Positions 26,414-36,460 of a stretch of DNA of 64,000 nt are shown here, piece by piece (position 1 is the first letter of the stretch; each line of letters begins with the position of its first letter). The notes below the pieces were generated by a model, which was not told the origin of the DNA, ran no database searches, and saw only the letters and a list, made by a program, of their open reading frames with translations. Where the stretch lies: assembly GCA_012516855.1 (NCBI GenBank), contig JAAYWB010000059.1:2581-66580 (forward strand), in the 5' to 3' direction. The stretch comes from Candidatus Cloacimonadota bacterium. GTDB lineage: Bacteria; Cloacimonadota; Cloacimonadia; Cloacimonadales; Cloacimonadaceae. Position numbers and translations under genes: made by a program.

Positions 26414-28975
26414 ATGATGAAAAGATGCCTGTTTCTGGTCATGTTCCTGGCACCGCTGCTGCTGAGCGCTGCCAACTTCTTCGATTTGCCCACCGAGGTG
26501 ACGCAGCCTGACGGCTCCGTGCTGGATTTGCTTGCTTCGGGCGATGAATTTGCCAACCGCCTGCACGACGCGAACGGCTATACCATCATCCAGAGCCCCA
26601 TCGACGGCTGGTATTATTACGCTGTCCGCTCCGGAAGCGAACCGGTCCCTTCTTCATACAGGGTTGGTTCCGCTGACCCAAGAGCACTGGGCCTCGAGCC
26701 CGGGATAAACATCTCTCCAGAGCGTTACCACCAGAAAGTGGCATTTATGAATTCCCACGCCCGCTCCGGCTCCAAAGGCCCGAACACTGGCACTGTGAAC
26801 AACCTTGTGGTCTATATTAAATTCAGCGACCAGACGGAATTCAGCGATCCCCGCTCGGTTTACGACGCCAAGTTCAATGCTGTGGGCGACGACCAGTTTT
26901 CCCTGCGCAACTACTTTCACCAGGTGAGCTATGACCAGCTTGATTACGTTTCCCATCACTTCCCCACTTGCGAACCAAACGTCAATCTATCCTACACGGA
27001 CAGCCATCCCCGGGCGTACTTCCTGCCCTACAACTCCGTCACCAATCCCACCGGCTACCGCGATTTCCAGCGCACCGACCGTGAACATCAGTTGCTGGCC
27101 GACGCCCTGAACTCCATTGCCAGCCAGGTGCCCTCCACATTGAACATCGACGCCGACAACGATGGCTATGTGGACAACGTCTGCTTCGTAATCCGCGGAC
27201 CCCATTCCGCCTGGGCGGAACTGCTCTGGGCCCACCGCTGGGTGCTCTATACCCAGGATGTTTTCATCAACGGCAAAATGGTCTGGGATTTCACCTTCCA
27301 GCCGGAAAACCAGAACAGCGTGCGCACCCTCTGCCATGAAATGTTCCACAGCGTGGGCGCTCCGGACCTCTACCATTACGATTTTGACGGCATCACCCCC
27401 GCCGGCTGCTGGGACATCATGGAAAGCGGCGGCGGCCACATGTGCATGCATATGAAATACCACTACGGCGGCTGGCTGAGTTCCATCCCCACCATCGGGC
27501 CCGGAACTTACACCCTAAACCCCGTAACTTCCCAAGTGAATAACGCTTACCGCTATGAACTCAACTCCCAGGAATCCCTCGTTTTCGAATACCGCAAACG
27601 CGGCGCTGACATCTTCGAGGAAAACCTGCCCGGTTCCGGACTGCTGATCTATCGCGTCAATTCCACACTGAGTGGAAACGCCTCTGGTCCGCCGGACGAG
27701 GTTTACGTATTCCGCCCCGGCGGCTCCCAAACCTCCAACGGCTCCGTCTTCGACGCCAGTTTCAGCGCCCAGAGCGGACGCACCGCCTTCAACCAACACA
27801 CAGATCCCTGCTGCTTCCTGAGCTACGGAAGCTCGTGCCCCGTGAACGTCCATAGCATCTCGGAAGCCCATGAAACCATCACTTTCACGCTTTCGACCTC
27901 TGACGCGGCTTATCCGCCCCTGATTTCGGGATTTGTTCCGGCTGACGGCGCCATCATCACCGCGGTGGACACCCTGATTTCTGTGCAGATCGACGATCTG
28001 GGGACAAACATCAGCCTGGTCGAGTTTTTCCTCGATGACCTAAGCGTGGGCACATCCTACACGCAACCCTGGTCGGTGAATATTCCCGAAGGCTGGCTCA
28101 CTCCGGGGCAGCACACAGTTAAAGTGCGCGCTGTCAATACCACCAGCCTTGAAGCCAGCGCCCAGGCCAGGGTGAAGGTGGTCGATCCGCTGCAGCCGAC
28201 CTGGTTTGGCTGGCTAAGCGAAACTCCGGTCTGGGACGAATACGGACGCGGGGCTGTGCCTATCAAGATAGCGCTGGAACTTGATTTGGGCGCGCAGCAG
28301 TATCTGGTGAAAAAACTGGCTTTCGACGCGGTGGCCGATCCCTGGGGCTTTCCAGTCGAGCCGGGACTGGTGAACGCCAAGATCCACCGCTTTTCCAACG
28401 GCGCCATCACTAATGAGATACTGCTCGACATCGGCGACATCATCAGCCCCATGAACGGCAGGTTTGAACACACCGTGAACAGCCTTATACCCATCTCCGG
28501 GCACGTGGCTGTGGTTTTGGACCTCTTTGAATACCAAAAGCTCCGCTTCGACATCAATGGAGCCTGCGGACACAGTTGGACAACCGAACCTGACCGACCC
28601 TGGACCGATGCCCTTGCCCGCGGCGTTTTGGGCGCAGCTGCCATCGAGCTTCAGCTTCAGGCTCCGGGCTCTCCAAACCAGGATTTGACCGTCCCCACTC
28701 CGGAACCAAGCCTGAGCGCCTGGCCCAATCCCTTCGCTGCCAGCGCCGTCATCAGCCTGGACCTCAAAGCCGCTGCCCCCACTGAACTGGCCATCTACAA
28801 CCTCCGCGGGCAAAAGGTCCGTTCCTTGCTGGATTCCCGGCTCGGCACCGGCCGCCATGAAATCGCCTGGGACGGCCTCGACCAATCTGGCCGCGCCGTT
28901 TCCCCCGGCATCTACTTCTGTCGCCTTAAAACTGGAGATTTCGCCAAAACCATCCGCCTCGCCAGGATCAGATAG
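26414..28975 (+). CDS. Secreted M6-type (immune inhibitor A-like) metalloprotease with Ig-like domains and Por/T9SS-type C-terminal domain
   Basis: ATG at 26414 follows GGAGGA; the track start at 26348 is probably too long. Signal peptide MMKRCLFLVMFLAPLLLSA. HEMFHSVGAPDLY fits HExxHxxGxxDxY. C-terminal tail WPNPFAASAVISL...GIYFCRLKTGDFAKTIRLARI. Confidence 0.8.
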   Translation: MMKRCLFLVMFLAPLLLSAANFFDLPTEVTQPDGSVLDLLASGDEFANRLHDANGYTIIQSPIDGWYYYAVRSGSEPVPSSYRVGSADPRALGLEPGINISPERYHQKVAFMNSHARSGSKGPNTGTVNNLVVYIKFSDQTEFSDPRSVYDAKFNAVGDDQFSLRNYFHQVSYDQLDYVSHHFPTCEPNVNLSYTDSHPRAYFLPYNSVTNPTGYRDFQRTDREHQLLADALNSIASQVPSTLNIDADNDGYVDNVCFVIRGPHSAWAELLWAHRWVLYTQDVFINGKMVWDFTFQPENQNSVRTLCHEMFHSVGAPDLYHYDFDGITPAGCWDIMESGGGHMCMHMKYHYGGWLSSIPTIGPGTYTLNPVTSQVNNAYRYELNSQESLVFEYRKRGADIFEENLPGSGLLIYRVNSTLSGNASGPPDEVYVFRPGGSQTSNGSVFDASFSAQSGRTAFNQHTDPCCFLSYGSSCPVNVHSISEAHETITFTLSTSDAAYPPLISGFVPADGAIITAVDTLISVQIDDLGTNISLVEFFLDDLSVGTSYTQPWSVNIPEGWLTPGQHTVKVRAVNTTSLEASAQARVKVVDPLQPTWFGWLSETPVWDEYGRGAVPIKIALELDLGAQQYLVKKLAFDAVADPWGFPVEPGLVNAKIHRFSNGAITNEILLDIGDIISPMNGRFEHTVNSLIPISGHVAVVLDLFEYQKLRFDINGACGHSWTTEPDRPWTDALARGVLGAAAIELQLQAPGSPNQDLTVPTPEPSLSAWPNPFAASAVISLDLKAAAPTELAIYNLRGQKVRSLLDSRLGTGRHEIAWDGLDQSGRAVSPGIYFCRLKTGDFAKTIRLARIR

Positions 28976-29009
28976 AAAGAGCTCGTTTTGGCCGTACCCC
29001 AAGTGCTTT

Positions 29010-29175
29010 GCCCACTGCGAGTTCCTGCCGGTCAGGCCCTGAGCGCTCGAGCCTGTCGTTCTCCCTTGCCTCCCGCATAATACTCGCATCAAATGCGGGC
29101 ATGATACGGGAGGCGCACTTGGGACATGGGACAGGGCCTTAACGGCCAGTCAGCAAAGCATCGCTTTTCCGCGCG
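29010..29175 (+). repeat. Intergenic repeat family, copy 2 (short form)
   Basis: CCCACTGCGAGTTCCTGCCGGTCAGGCCCTGAGCGCTCGAGCC... followed by the palindromic core at 29069..29113 (CCTCCCGCATAATACTCGCATCAAATGCGGGCATGATACGGGAGG), then ...CAGGGCCTTAACGGCCAGTCAGCAAAGCATCGCTTTTCCGCGCG. It lies between convergent genes. Confidence 0.8.
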
Positions 29176-29251
29176 ATTTCCGGCTACCTTATGACCCCGT
29201 TATCGTATGCTTCCCCAAAGGGTTAACTTACCCGATTTGAAAGAGAAGCAA

Positions 29252-30634
29252 TCACTTTCCGATGCAGAAATCGGCAAAGATTCTGCCTAGAAGGTCGGGG
29301 TCCGGAGAAACGCCCAAAATTTCGCCAAGGGCGCTGGAAGCAGTGATGAGATCGAAGGCGGTGAATTCGTAGCCGGCCTGGTTGTCGAGGGAGGTGAGGG
29401 CACTGGTGAGGGCGGCTATGACCCGCTCCAAAGCGGCGAGGTGTCTGGCGTTGGTCACTAGGGGCCGGTCGGGATTCTCCAGTGGAAGCTCAAAGCGTTT
29501 CAGGATGGCGGTTTGGAGGGCATTCAAACCGTCCGGGGCTATCGCTGAAACGGGGAGCGCGAGTTCAGGGGTGGAGCCGTCGCGGCTTTCGAGCGAGGCG
29601 GAGCCTTGGTTTTCGGGCTGGCAAAGGTCCCATTTGCTGGCCAGCCAAAGGGTCTTGGCTGGAACGGGTGAAAGCGCGGCAGGGTCAGCCTTGGGGGTGG
29701 GTTCATCAACCGGCAGAAGATAAAGCACCAGATCGGCCGACTGCATCAGCCCGAGGCTGCGGTCAATTCCCTCCCGCTCGATGGGGCCTGCATTTTCACG
29801 CAGTCCGGCGGTGTCGGTGAGAATGAGGTTGTAGCCGCTCAGGGAAACGCTTTCCTCCAGATAATCGCGGGTTGTGCCAGGATGGGGGGTAACAATGGCG
29901 CGGTTGCAGCACAGAAAGGCATTGAAAAGGGAGGATTTGCCGGAATTGGGCGCTCCGGCCAGGCAGACCCGGATCCCTTCACGGATGTAGCGGCCCCGGG
30001 CTCCGTCACTGTGAAGTTCCCGGGCCTTGTCCAGTGCGGCTGAGACCCTTTTTCTCAGGTCGGCGGCATCAAGAGGGGGGAGGTCCTGGTCGGCAAAATC
30101 GATGGCCAGTTCGCAGCGCAGGCGGGCGTCATTCACGGCTTCCAGAAGCTCTTTCAAGGGTTGGGACAGAAGCCCCCGAACCTGCATCAGCGCGGAGCTT
30201 TCTGCCTTGCTGCCAGTCGCTGTTATGAGGTCGTTCACAGCCTCAGCCTGGGTGAGGTCGAGCTTGCCATTCAGCAAAGCGCGGTGGGTGAATTCCCCCG
30301 GACGGGCCAGACGCGCTTCCAGCAGAAGGTTTTCCAGTATTTTGGCGGCCAGGCGGGGATTTCCGTGGCAGGAAATCTCCACGCAGTCTTCGCCGGTGTA
30401 GCTGGCGGGGGCGCGGAAAACCGTGCAGAGGACCTGGTCCAGCGGATTGCCATCACGGCTGTGAAAGATGCCGAAAATCACATGGTGTGAAGGGCTTTTG
30501 AGCAGTTTTTGGCGGGGGTGGAAAAATTGGGCGACGATTCCGATGCTACCGCTGCCGCTGATCCTCAGAACATTCACGGCGGCGCAGCCCGGAGGCGTGA
30601 TCTGGGCGCAGATAGGCTCGAAAGCTGACTGCAT
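29252..30634 (-). CDS. mnmE: tRNA modification GTPase MnmE
   Basis: 460 aa. G1 motif GAPNSGKSSL, DTAGLR, and C-terminal FCIGK. Its ATG overlaps the dxs stop (ATGA). Confidence 0.9.
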   Translation of the reverse strand: MQSAFEPICAQITPPGCAAVNVLRISGSGSIGIVAQFFHPRQKLLKSPSHHVIFGIFHSRDGNPLDQVLCTVFRAPASYTGEDCVEISCHGNPRLAAKILENLLLEARLARPGEFTHRALLNGKLDLTQAEAVNDLITATGSKAESSALMQVRGLLSQPLKELLEAVNDARLRCELAIDFADQDLPPLDAADLRKRVSAALDKARELHSDGARGRYIREGIRVCLAGAPNSGKSSLFNAFLCCNRAIVTPHPGTTRDYLEESVSLSGYNLILTDTAGLRENAGPIEREGIDRSLGLMQSADLVLYLLPVDEPTPKADPAALSPVPAKTLWLASKWDLCQPENQGSASLESRDGSTPELALPVSAIAPDGLNALQTAILKRFELPLENPDRPLVTNARHLAALERVIAALTSALTSLDNQAGYEFTAFDLITASSALGEILGVSPDPDLLGRIFADFCIGK

Positions 30635-32496
30635 CAGGCTTTGAGGCGGTTAAGGATTCCGGCGGCCAAAGTTTCCGGCGTGAAGCCGATCATGTCATTT
30701 AGCTGTTCGGTCTTGCCGTGGGCAATGAAGCTGTCCGGATAGCCGAAATTAACCACTTGGCATGGTTTGGCTGCCAGCAATTGAGCGATCCGGGAGCCCG
30801 TTCCGCCAATCACGGCGTTGGTCTCGAAGGTGAAGAGATGGGAACAGCTCTCGCCCAGTTCGTTCAGCAATGCCTCATCCAGCGGCTTGAGGCTGCGGAG
30901 GTTGACCAGCCAGGGGTTCAGGCCGGCTTCAACCAGCAACGCGTGGGTCTTTTCGGCTACCATTCTGGCACCGCCGTCAGTGATAAGGGCGATGTTTTTT
31001 CCCTGGTGGACTGTTTCAGCCCGGCCCGGCACGAAATCCGTTAGTGGCAATTCTCCCCGGCTTGCGGTCCCGCGTGGGTAGCGGATGGCAACAGGCCTGT
31101 CCTGATATTTGGAGGCGAAAGCGAGCATGGAGTCCAGTTCCTCCGCTGTGGAAGGTGAAAGAATGATCAGGTTGGGGATGGCGGAGAGCAACGAAACATC
31201 AAAGGCGCCTTGATGAGTGGCCCCGTCTTCGCCGACCAGCCCGGCCCGGTCTATGCATAAAACCACGGGCAGGCGGGGCAGGGCAACGTCATGGATAACC
31301 TGGTCGATGGCACGCTGCAGGAAGGTGCTGTAGATGGCCACGAAGGGTTTCACGCCCTTGCAGGCCATTCCTGCTGCCAGGGTCACGGCGTGTTGTTCGG
31401 CGATGCCGACGTCGAAAAAGCGCTTGGGGAATTTCTTTTCAAAGGAGGCCAGACCGGTTCCAGCGGCCATGGCGGCTGTGATGGCCACGATTTTGGGATC
31501 GGCTTCAGCCAGTTGGACCAGGCTTTTGCCGAAAACTTCGCTCCAGCTTTCGCTGCCGCTGCTGGCCTGTTTGCCGCTGTTGGCGTCGAAGGGGCCCACT
31601 CCGTGGAAGGAAGAGGCATCCTGCTCCGCGGGAACGTAGCCGCGGCCTTTCTGGGTTACCACGTGCAGCAGAACCGGGCCGACCATGTGGCGCTTGATGC
31701 GGCGGAGCATGGTGGAGACGAGTTCAACGTCATGGCCGTCGATGGGCCCCACATATTTGAAGCCGAGGTCCTCGAAGATGATGTTCGGCACCAGGATGTT
31801 CATCATCGACTCCTCCAGCTTTTGGGCACCGAGAATGAAGCGGCGGCGAAGGTTTTCCGGCAGGGTGCCGCCGAGGTCCCAAATCTGCTGTTTGAGGGTG
31901 TTGTAGGGCCGGCTGGCCATCATCCTGGCCATGTATTCCTGCAGGCCGCCGACGTTTTGGGAGATGGACATCGCGTTGTCGTTGAGGACGACCAGAAACT
32001 TGTTTTTCTGCAGGTGCCCCGAGTGGTTGAGGGCCTCGAAGCTCATGCCGCCGGTGAGGGCTCCGTCGCCGATCACGGCGATGCAGAAGCCGCTTTCGCC
32101 CTGCAGATCCCGGGCGCAGGCAAGGCCCAGGGCCGCGGATACGGAAGTGCTGCTGTGGCCTGTGCTGAAGGCGTCGCAGGGGCTTTCATCGCGGTTGGTG
32201 AAGCCGCTGATGCCTCCAAAAGAGCGAAGGGTGTCAAAGCGCTCGTTGCGCCCGGTGAGTATCTTCCAGGCATAGCTCTGATGGCCCACATCCCAGACCA
32301 CGCGGTCCTTGATGGGGTCAAACACGCTGAGCAGGGCGAGGGTGAGTTCCACCGTTCCCAGGCTAGGGGCGATGTGTCCGCCGTTGATGGAGACAACGTC
32401 CACGATGCGTTTGCGGATTTCCTTGGCCAGCAGGGTCAATTCCTGAAGGCTGAAGTCTTTTATAACAGAAGGGTCTTTAATCTTTTCCAATATCAT
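30634..32496 (-). CDS. dxs: 1-deoxy-D-xylulose-5-phosphate synthase
   Basis: 620 aa. GGHIAPSLGTVELT, GHSSTSVSAALG, the GDGALTGGMSFEALN ThDP motif and the transketolase-like C-terminal half are present. Confidence 0.9.
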   Translation of the reverse strand: MILEKIKDPSVIKDFSLQELTLLAKEIRKRIVDVVSINGGHIAPSLGTVELTLALLSVFDPIKDRVVWDVGHQSYAWKILTGRNERFDTLRSFGGISGFTNRDESPCDAFSTGHSSTSVSAALGLACARDLQGESGFCIAVIGDGALTGGMSFEALNHSGHLQKNKFLVVLNDNAMSISQNVGGLQEYMARMMASRPYNTLKQQIWDLGGTLPENLRRRFILGAQKLEESMMNILVPNIIFEDLGFKYVGPIDGHDVELVSTMLRRIKRHMVGPVLLHVVTQKGRGYVPAEQDASSFHGVGPFDANSGKQASSGSESWSEVFGKSLVQLAEADPKIVAITAAMAAGTGLASFEKKFPKRFFDVGIAEQHAVTLAAGMACKGVKPFVAIYSTFLQRAIDQVIHDVALPRLPVVLCIDRAGLVGEDGATHQGAFDVSLLSAIPNLIILSPSTAEELDSMLAFASKYQDRPVAIRYPRGTASRGELPLTDFVPGRAETVHQGKNIALITDGGARMVAEKTHALLVEAGLNPWLVNLRSLKPLDEALLNELGESCSHLFTFETNAVIGGTGSRIAQLLAAKPCQVVNFGYPDSFIAHGKTEQLNDMIGFTPETLAAGILNRLKA

Positions 32497-34466
32497 GTTT
32501 CACTCCCGGTTGCGGGGTTGGGCACCGCGGTTGCTGGACGAAGTTCCTCGCTTTTCACGAGGACCAGTTCCAGGATCACCAGCGCCAGCGCGGCGGCCAG
32601 CAATATCTTCCAGAGGTCATGTCCCAGGCGGGTGTGGAATAGGGTTTTGATCCAGTTCGGCCCCAGTAGCCTGGTATTGCTTAGGCCTTTGTAGTCCATT
32701 GCCTGAAACTCGCTCTCCTGCAGGGGGGTGTTTACCGCGACCACTTTGGCGGGGCCCTCAGCTTGGAGTAGCGAGTAGATGCCCGGCTGTTCCAAAAGGT
32801 GGGTCCTACTGGCCAGCTGGATGCTTTGCCCGTTGGGAAGGACGATTCCGCTGGCGTTCACGGTATCTCCCAGCAGGTAGTTTTCCCCGCTGGCGATGAG
32901 AGTGCCGGCATGTTCCAGGCAGCGATAGGCGAAAACCGCGAAAGCGGCATCCAGCAGGAAGGTTGAGTGTTGGTCGCTGGGGTCGAAATTCCAAAGCACG
33001 AAGTTGTCTTTTGCCAGGGCAAAGATGTCCCCGCCCCCGCTCAACAGGGTGGTTGCGCCTGTTCCTGAGAGCTTCCAGTATTTCGCCAGCGTGTTGTAGC
33101 GGATGTTTTTCCCCGCCAACAACGAGGTGGTGTAGTGATGGGGATTCACGTGGCTGATGGTTTTGGGCTCAGATTGCCACGTGCCAAAGCTAATGCCGAA
33201 GGTTCCCGCCAGCAGAGAGCGGTATTCCGCGGAAAGGGTGCCGTCCAGGCAGAAAAGCGCGCCGCGGCCGCTTTCACCGAGTTTTGCTACGATGTCGCGC
33301 AGTTTTGGTGAATAGGGTGCCGCTCCCACAAACACAAAGGTTTGGTAGCTATCCAACAGGGAAAGATTGAGTTGGCTGGGAACCAGCCGGTCAACGCTGC
33401 CCCCGCTACCGGTATACACGTTGAGCAATGACCTCAGGGAAAGAGGCAGGCCCTGTGCCCCGGAAATCACGGCCACCCGGGGTGAAAGCTGGAAGGGGAA
33501 AGAAAAATAGCTGCGGTTATCCTGCTCCAAACGGTCATCCACCACTTCCACATAGCCGCTTTGCCAGCCGTCCTGCCTCAGGTCGATGGCGATGCTTTGA
33601 TTTACGGTCTGCCTGGCTGGCAAAGCCACGAATTTCTCCGCAACCTTGGCATCGCCCAGAACCACTTTCACTAGCACCTCCTCCCGCGGCTGGTTGCCGT
33701 GGTTGGTGAGCTGGAATTCAATGGTCTGGCGGCGGGATTTCTCCACCAGTTGTGGCAGCGCGCGGGCATTGGCGCAGCTAAGGTTGGCAGGTTCCCGGTT
33801 TGGGGCGATGTTGATCACGTTGAGCCTTGTTTTCGGCGAGGAGGGGTAGTCCTGTTTCTGGCCGTCTGTGATAAGGTAGAGTTCGCGGTTCGCAAGCTGG
33901 GTTTCAGCCAGCTTGGCTTCGGCGAGTTCCAGCATGTTCTGCAGGGGCAGGGGAGTATAGGTGGTTGCAATTTGGTCGATAAGTTCGGGGGGCGGGCTTC
34001 CGGCATAAATCTGGGCGTGGAGCCGGTTCCATTTGTCCTCAGAGGTGATCAGGATCACTCGGTCCTCAGGGTCACAAAGGGCGGCGATCTTTTTCAGAGC
34101 ATCCTTGGCCCGGTCCAAATCGCTGCGTGATTCCTCCACATAGTCCATGCTGTAGGAAGTGTCCACCAGGATCGCAATTGCAGTGGGAGGGTGGCTGGAT
34201 GACGGTTTGAGGCATGAAGAACGCAGCAGCGGACGGGTGGCGGCCAGGGTCACCAGCAGGATGATGAGCATACGGATGATGAGCAGGAGGATGTTTTTTA
34301 GGCGGGTGCGCTTTTTTTCCTCTTCCTGGCCCGCTTTGATGAAGCGTAGGGAGGGAAAGACCACCTGTTTGGGCTTCTTTTTGGCCAGAAGCCAGATCAG
34401 CAGTGGCAAAACGGTGGCCGCCGTGAAAAGCAACAAGCCGGAATTGAGAAAGCTGAGCCCGCTCAT
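32493..34466 (-). CDS. BatA-like membrane protein with N-terminal double-TM region and von Willebrand A domain
   Basis: 657 aa. N-terminus FLNSGLLLFTAATVLPLLIWLL...PSLRFI resembles aerotolerance BatA-type N-termini. MIDAS-like ILVDTSYSMD. C-terminal TM helix. Confidence 0.6.
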   Translation of the reverse strand: MSGLSFLNSGLLLFTAATVLPLLIWLLAKKKPKQVVFPSLRFIKAGQEEEKKRTRLKNILLLIIRMLIILLVTLAATRPLLRSSCLKPSSSHPPTAIAILVDTSYSMDYVEESRSDLDRAKDALKKIAALCDPEDRVILITSEDKWNRLHAQIYAGSPPPELIDQIATTYTPLPLQNMLELAEAKLAETQLANRELYLITDGQKQDYPSSPKTRLNVINIAPNREPANLSCANARALPQLVEKSRRQTIEFQLTNHGNQPREEVLVKVVLGDAKVAEKFVALPARQTVNQSIAIDLRQDGWQSGYVEVVDDRLEQDNRSYFSFPFQLSPRVAVISGAQGLPLSLRSLLNVYTGSGGSVDRLVPSQLNLSLLDSYQTFVFVGAAPYSPKLRDIVAKLGESGRGALFCLDGTLSAEYRSLLAGTFGISFGTWQSEPKTISHVNPHHYTTSLLAGKNIRYNTLAKYWKLSGTGATTLLSGGGDIFALAKDNFVLWNFDPSDQHSTFLLDAAFAVFAYRCLEHAGTLIASGENYLLGDTVNASGIVLPNGQSIQLASRTHLLEQPGIYSLLQAEGPAKVVAVNTPLQESEFQAMDYKGLSNTRLLGPNWIKTLFHTRLGHDLWKILLAAALALVILELVLVKSEELRPATAVPNPATGSET

Positions 34467-34469
34467 GGA

Positions 34470-35510
34470 TTATGGCAATCCTACTCCCAAGGAAAAAAGA
34501 TACTCGCTGTCGCTCAGTTTGAAGCCTTTATTGTTCAGGGCAAAGTCGAAGCGGAAAATCTTGTAGTTATAGCCAGCGCCAAGGGTGTAGTTGATATTGT
34601 CGGTTCCGCTGAAGTCACGGCTGTAAAGGCCTATCCTGGCTGTAAAGGCCTGGGAATTGTTTGGGTCGGAAGATGTGCCCTGCCAGTCCCAGAGATACTG
34701 AAAGCCCAGATGGTAAGTGGTGTCCGGATTCCTGGACAGCCGGTTTTGAACACCACCACTGACGGTGAGGTATTCCGTGCCGTATTGCGCCCCGAAAGCC
34801 ATCCGGCTCTGCAAGGGAACGGATTCGTAGCCCCAGTCCCACCACAGGCGGGAGAGCAGATCGGTGGAAACCAGACCGAAAGTGAAACTCCCGGTTTGCA
34901 GGGTCAGCCCCAGATCGGTGGAAAAACCTTTCACTTTGGTATCGATGAACGTGGTGTCCGGCCTCGCGGAACGCATATACACCAGCCGGCCTGACAGATA
35001 TTTGGCGTTCAGTCCAAAGCGGATTGGCCGCCAGGAATTGTCGCTCCCGGCAAGGCTTATCTGCCACTTGTCCAACTGATAGTCCAGATAGCGGTAGCCG
35101 GATGGGTTGTTCGGCCAGGCGGGATCAGGGCTTTCGACGATGTTGACGGAGGCCACGGGCTGATAGGTCAAAGCGGTTTGTTTGGCCACCAGGGTGACGT
35201 ATTTGAACTGGCTGGGCCTCAGCACGTTACTGAATTGGACTGCATCCGCAATGGTCATGGCCTCGTCGCCCTTCACCCTGAACGAAGCAGAGGCCAGGCT
35301 GTACTCGTTGCCGCCAAGCAGGGCTGGATTTGAAAAGCTGGCGTAGAAATCACTGGCGTTGGTCACGTTCATGCAGCCCATGCCAATGGCGATGGGGGAA
35401 ACGCTGTTTTCCGGGGTTCCGTAGTCGAAAGAGGTGATGGGCAGAACTTCCCCGTAGGCAGCAAGTTCCACGCAGAGCAGGGTTATAATGAAAATAAGAA
35501 GGGTCTTCAT
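34470..35510 (-). CDS. Outer-membrane beta-barrel protein, PorV/PorQ-like (tentative)
   Basis: 346 aa with a signal peptide. IAIGMGCMNVTNASDFYASFSNPALLG resembles the same signature as the 8312..9262 product. Beta-rich, with a terminal aromatic-rich strand. Confidence 0.45.
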   Translation of the reverse strand: MKTLLIFIITLLCVELAAYGEVLPITSFDYGTPENSVSPIAIGMGCMNVTNASDFYASFSNPALLGGNEYSLASASFRVKGDEAMTIADAVQFSNVLRPSQFKYVTLVAKQTALTYQPVASVNIVESPDPAWPNNPSGYRYLDYQLDKWQISLAGSDNSWRPIRFGLNAKYLSGRLVYMRSARPDTTFIDTKVKGFSTDLGLTLQTGSFTFGLVSTDLLSRLWWDWGYESVPLQSRMAFGAQYGTEYLTVSGGVQNRLSRNPDTTYHLGFQYLWDWQGTSSDPNNSQAFTARIGLYSRDFSGTDNINYTLGAGYNYKIFRFDFALNNKGFKLSDSEYLFSLGVGLP

Positions 35511-36460
35511 GGTATTGGGTCTCTCTCCAGTTTACGGCGGGTCCAGTTGGCGGCAAAATATCCCAAAATCCCGGTGAACAATCCGGCTACCGCGTCCACA
35601 AACCAGTGATAATGGCAATAGACAGTGGCGACGGAGAGGAATACGGAAATCACGGCAAACAGGTATCCCCATTTGCCGGTGAATTTGAATCCCGCGATAG
35701 TCAACACCACCGCTATGGCCACATGGGAACTGGGAAAAGCTCCTCCCCAATGGCCGCTGTGGTTGTAGATGAATGCCATGATACGGGTGAAGATTCCCCC
35801 GCGGAAAGCTTGGGAAAGCCGATATGATTCAGTGTGGAAGCGGCCTCCAACCACGGGGAAGATGCTGTAGAAAATGTAGCAGGCGTAAAACACGAAAGTG
35901 ATGTTGAAGATCAATTCCTTGAAAGCCGGCTTGTTTTTGAGATAGAGGTACAGAGGCAGGCCTACGATCAAGGGATAGTAGCAGAAATAGGCGAAGTGGA
36001 AAAGTTCCTGAAAGAAAAACTGGCTGCATCTGCGCCCCCATTCCAGGGAGGGCAGGTAACCCCAGATCTTGCTGTCCATATCCATGAACCAGGGGTCCAG
36101 CCATTCGGGGAAGATGATGAGAGACACCGAGCGCAGGGAACTGTAATAATAGGCAAATAGGAACACCGGATAGATGCCGCGGACGAAACGCAAGGCTTGG
36201 AGCAGCCAGGGTTTGGCGGAAAGGTCCAGCTTGCGCTCAGCCAAGGCCAGCAGCAGAACGAAGGCGACAATCAGCAGATACAGGGGCAGATGGATCCCGG
36301 CGTTGATAGCCCGGCCCAGAAAGATACCGACCGTCATGTAGATAATGAACCAGGCGCAATAGGCCAGGGTGATCTTGTCGATAGCGCTCAAAAACTGGCG
36401 TGGGGCTGAAACGCTATGGACCGGTTGGGTGTCCTTGTTTTTCCGGAGCCCGGGCGGCAT
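35507..36460 (-). CDS. PAP2-superfamily membrane phosphatase-like protein
   Basis: I chose the ATG at 36460, which overlaps the upstream stop (TAATG), rather than the track start at 36526. Polytopic. NHSGHWGGAFPSSHVA fits the PAP2 C2/C3 motifs (SGH ... SxH). Confidence 0.6.
   Translation of the reverse strand: MPPGLRKNKDTQPVHSVSAPRQFLSAIDKITLAYCAWFIIYMTVGIFLGRAINAGIHLPLYLLIVAFVLLLALAERKLDLSAKPWLLQALRFVRGIYPVFLFAYYYSSLRSVSLIIFPEWLDPWFMDMDSKIWGYLPSLEWGRRCSQFFFQELFHFAYFCYYPLIVGLPLYLYLKNKPAFKELIFNITFVFYACYIFYSIFPVVGGRFHTESYRLSQAFRGGIFTRIMAFIYNHSGHWGGAFPSSHVAIAVVLTIAGFKFTGKWGYLFAVISVFLSVATVYCHYHWFVDAVAGLFTGILGYFAANWTRRKLERDPIP

Noticed and set aside
31291-32694. Long ORFs antisense to well-supported genes: 31291..32694 (+), 16334..17470 (+), 840..1550 (-), 4452..5210 (-), 8066..9082 (-), 9634..10404 (-), 45174..46334 (-), 54417..55592 (-), 57614..58645 (-), 49658..50599 (-).
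   Set aside because: Each lies opposite a gene with clear family motifs. Their translations are low-complexity (Gly/Ala/Arg/His/Val-rich) and carry no recognisable motifs. This is typical of shadow ORFs produced by codon bias in GC-rich coding DNA.
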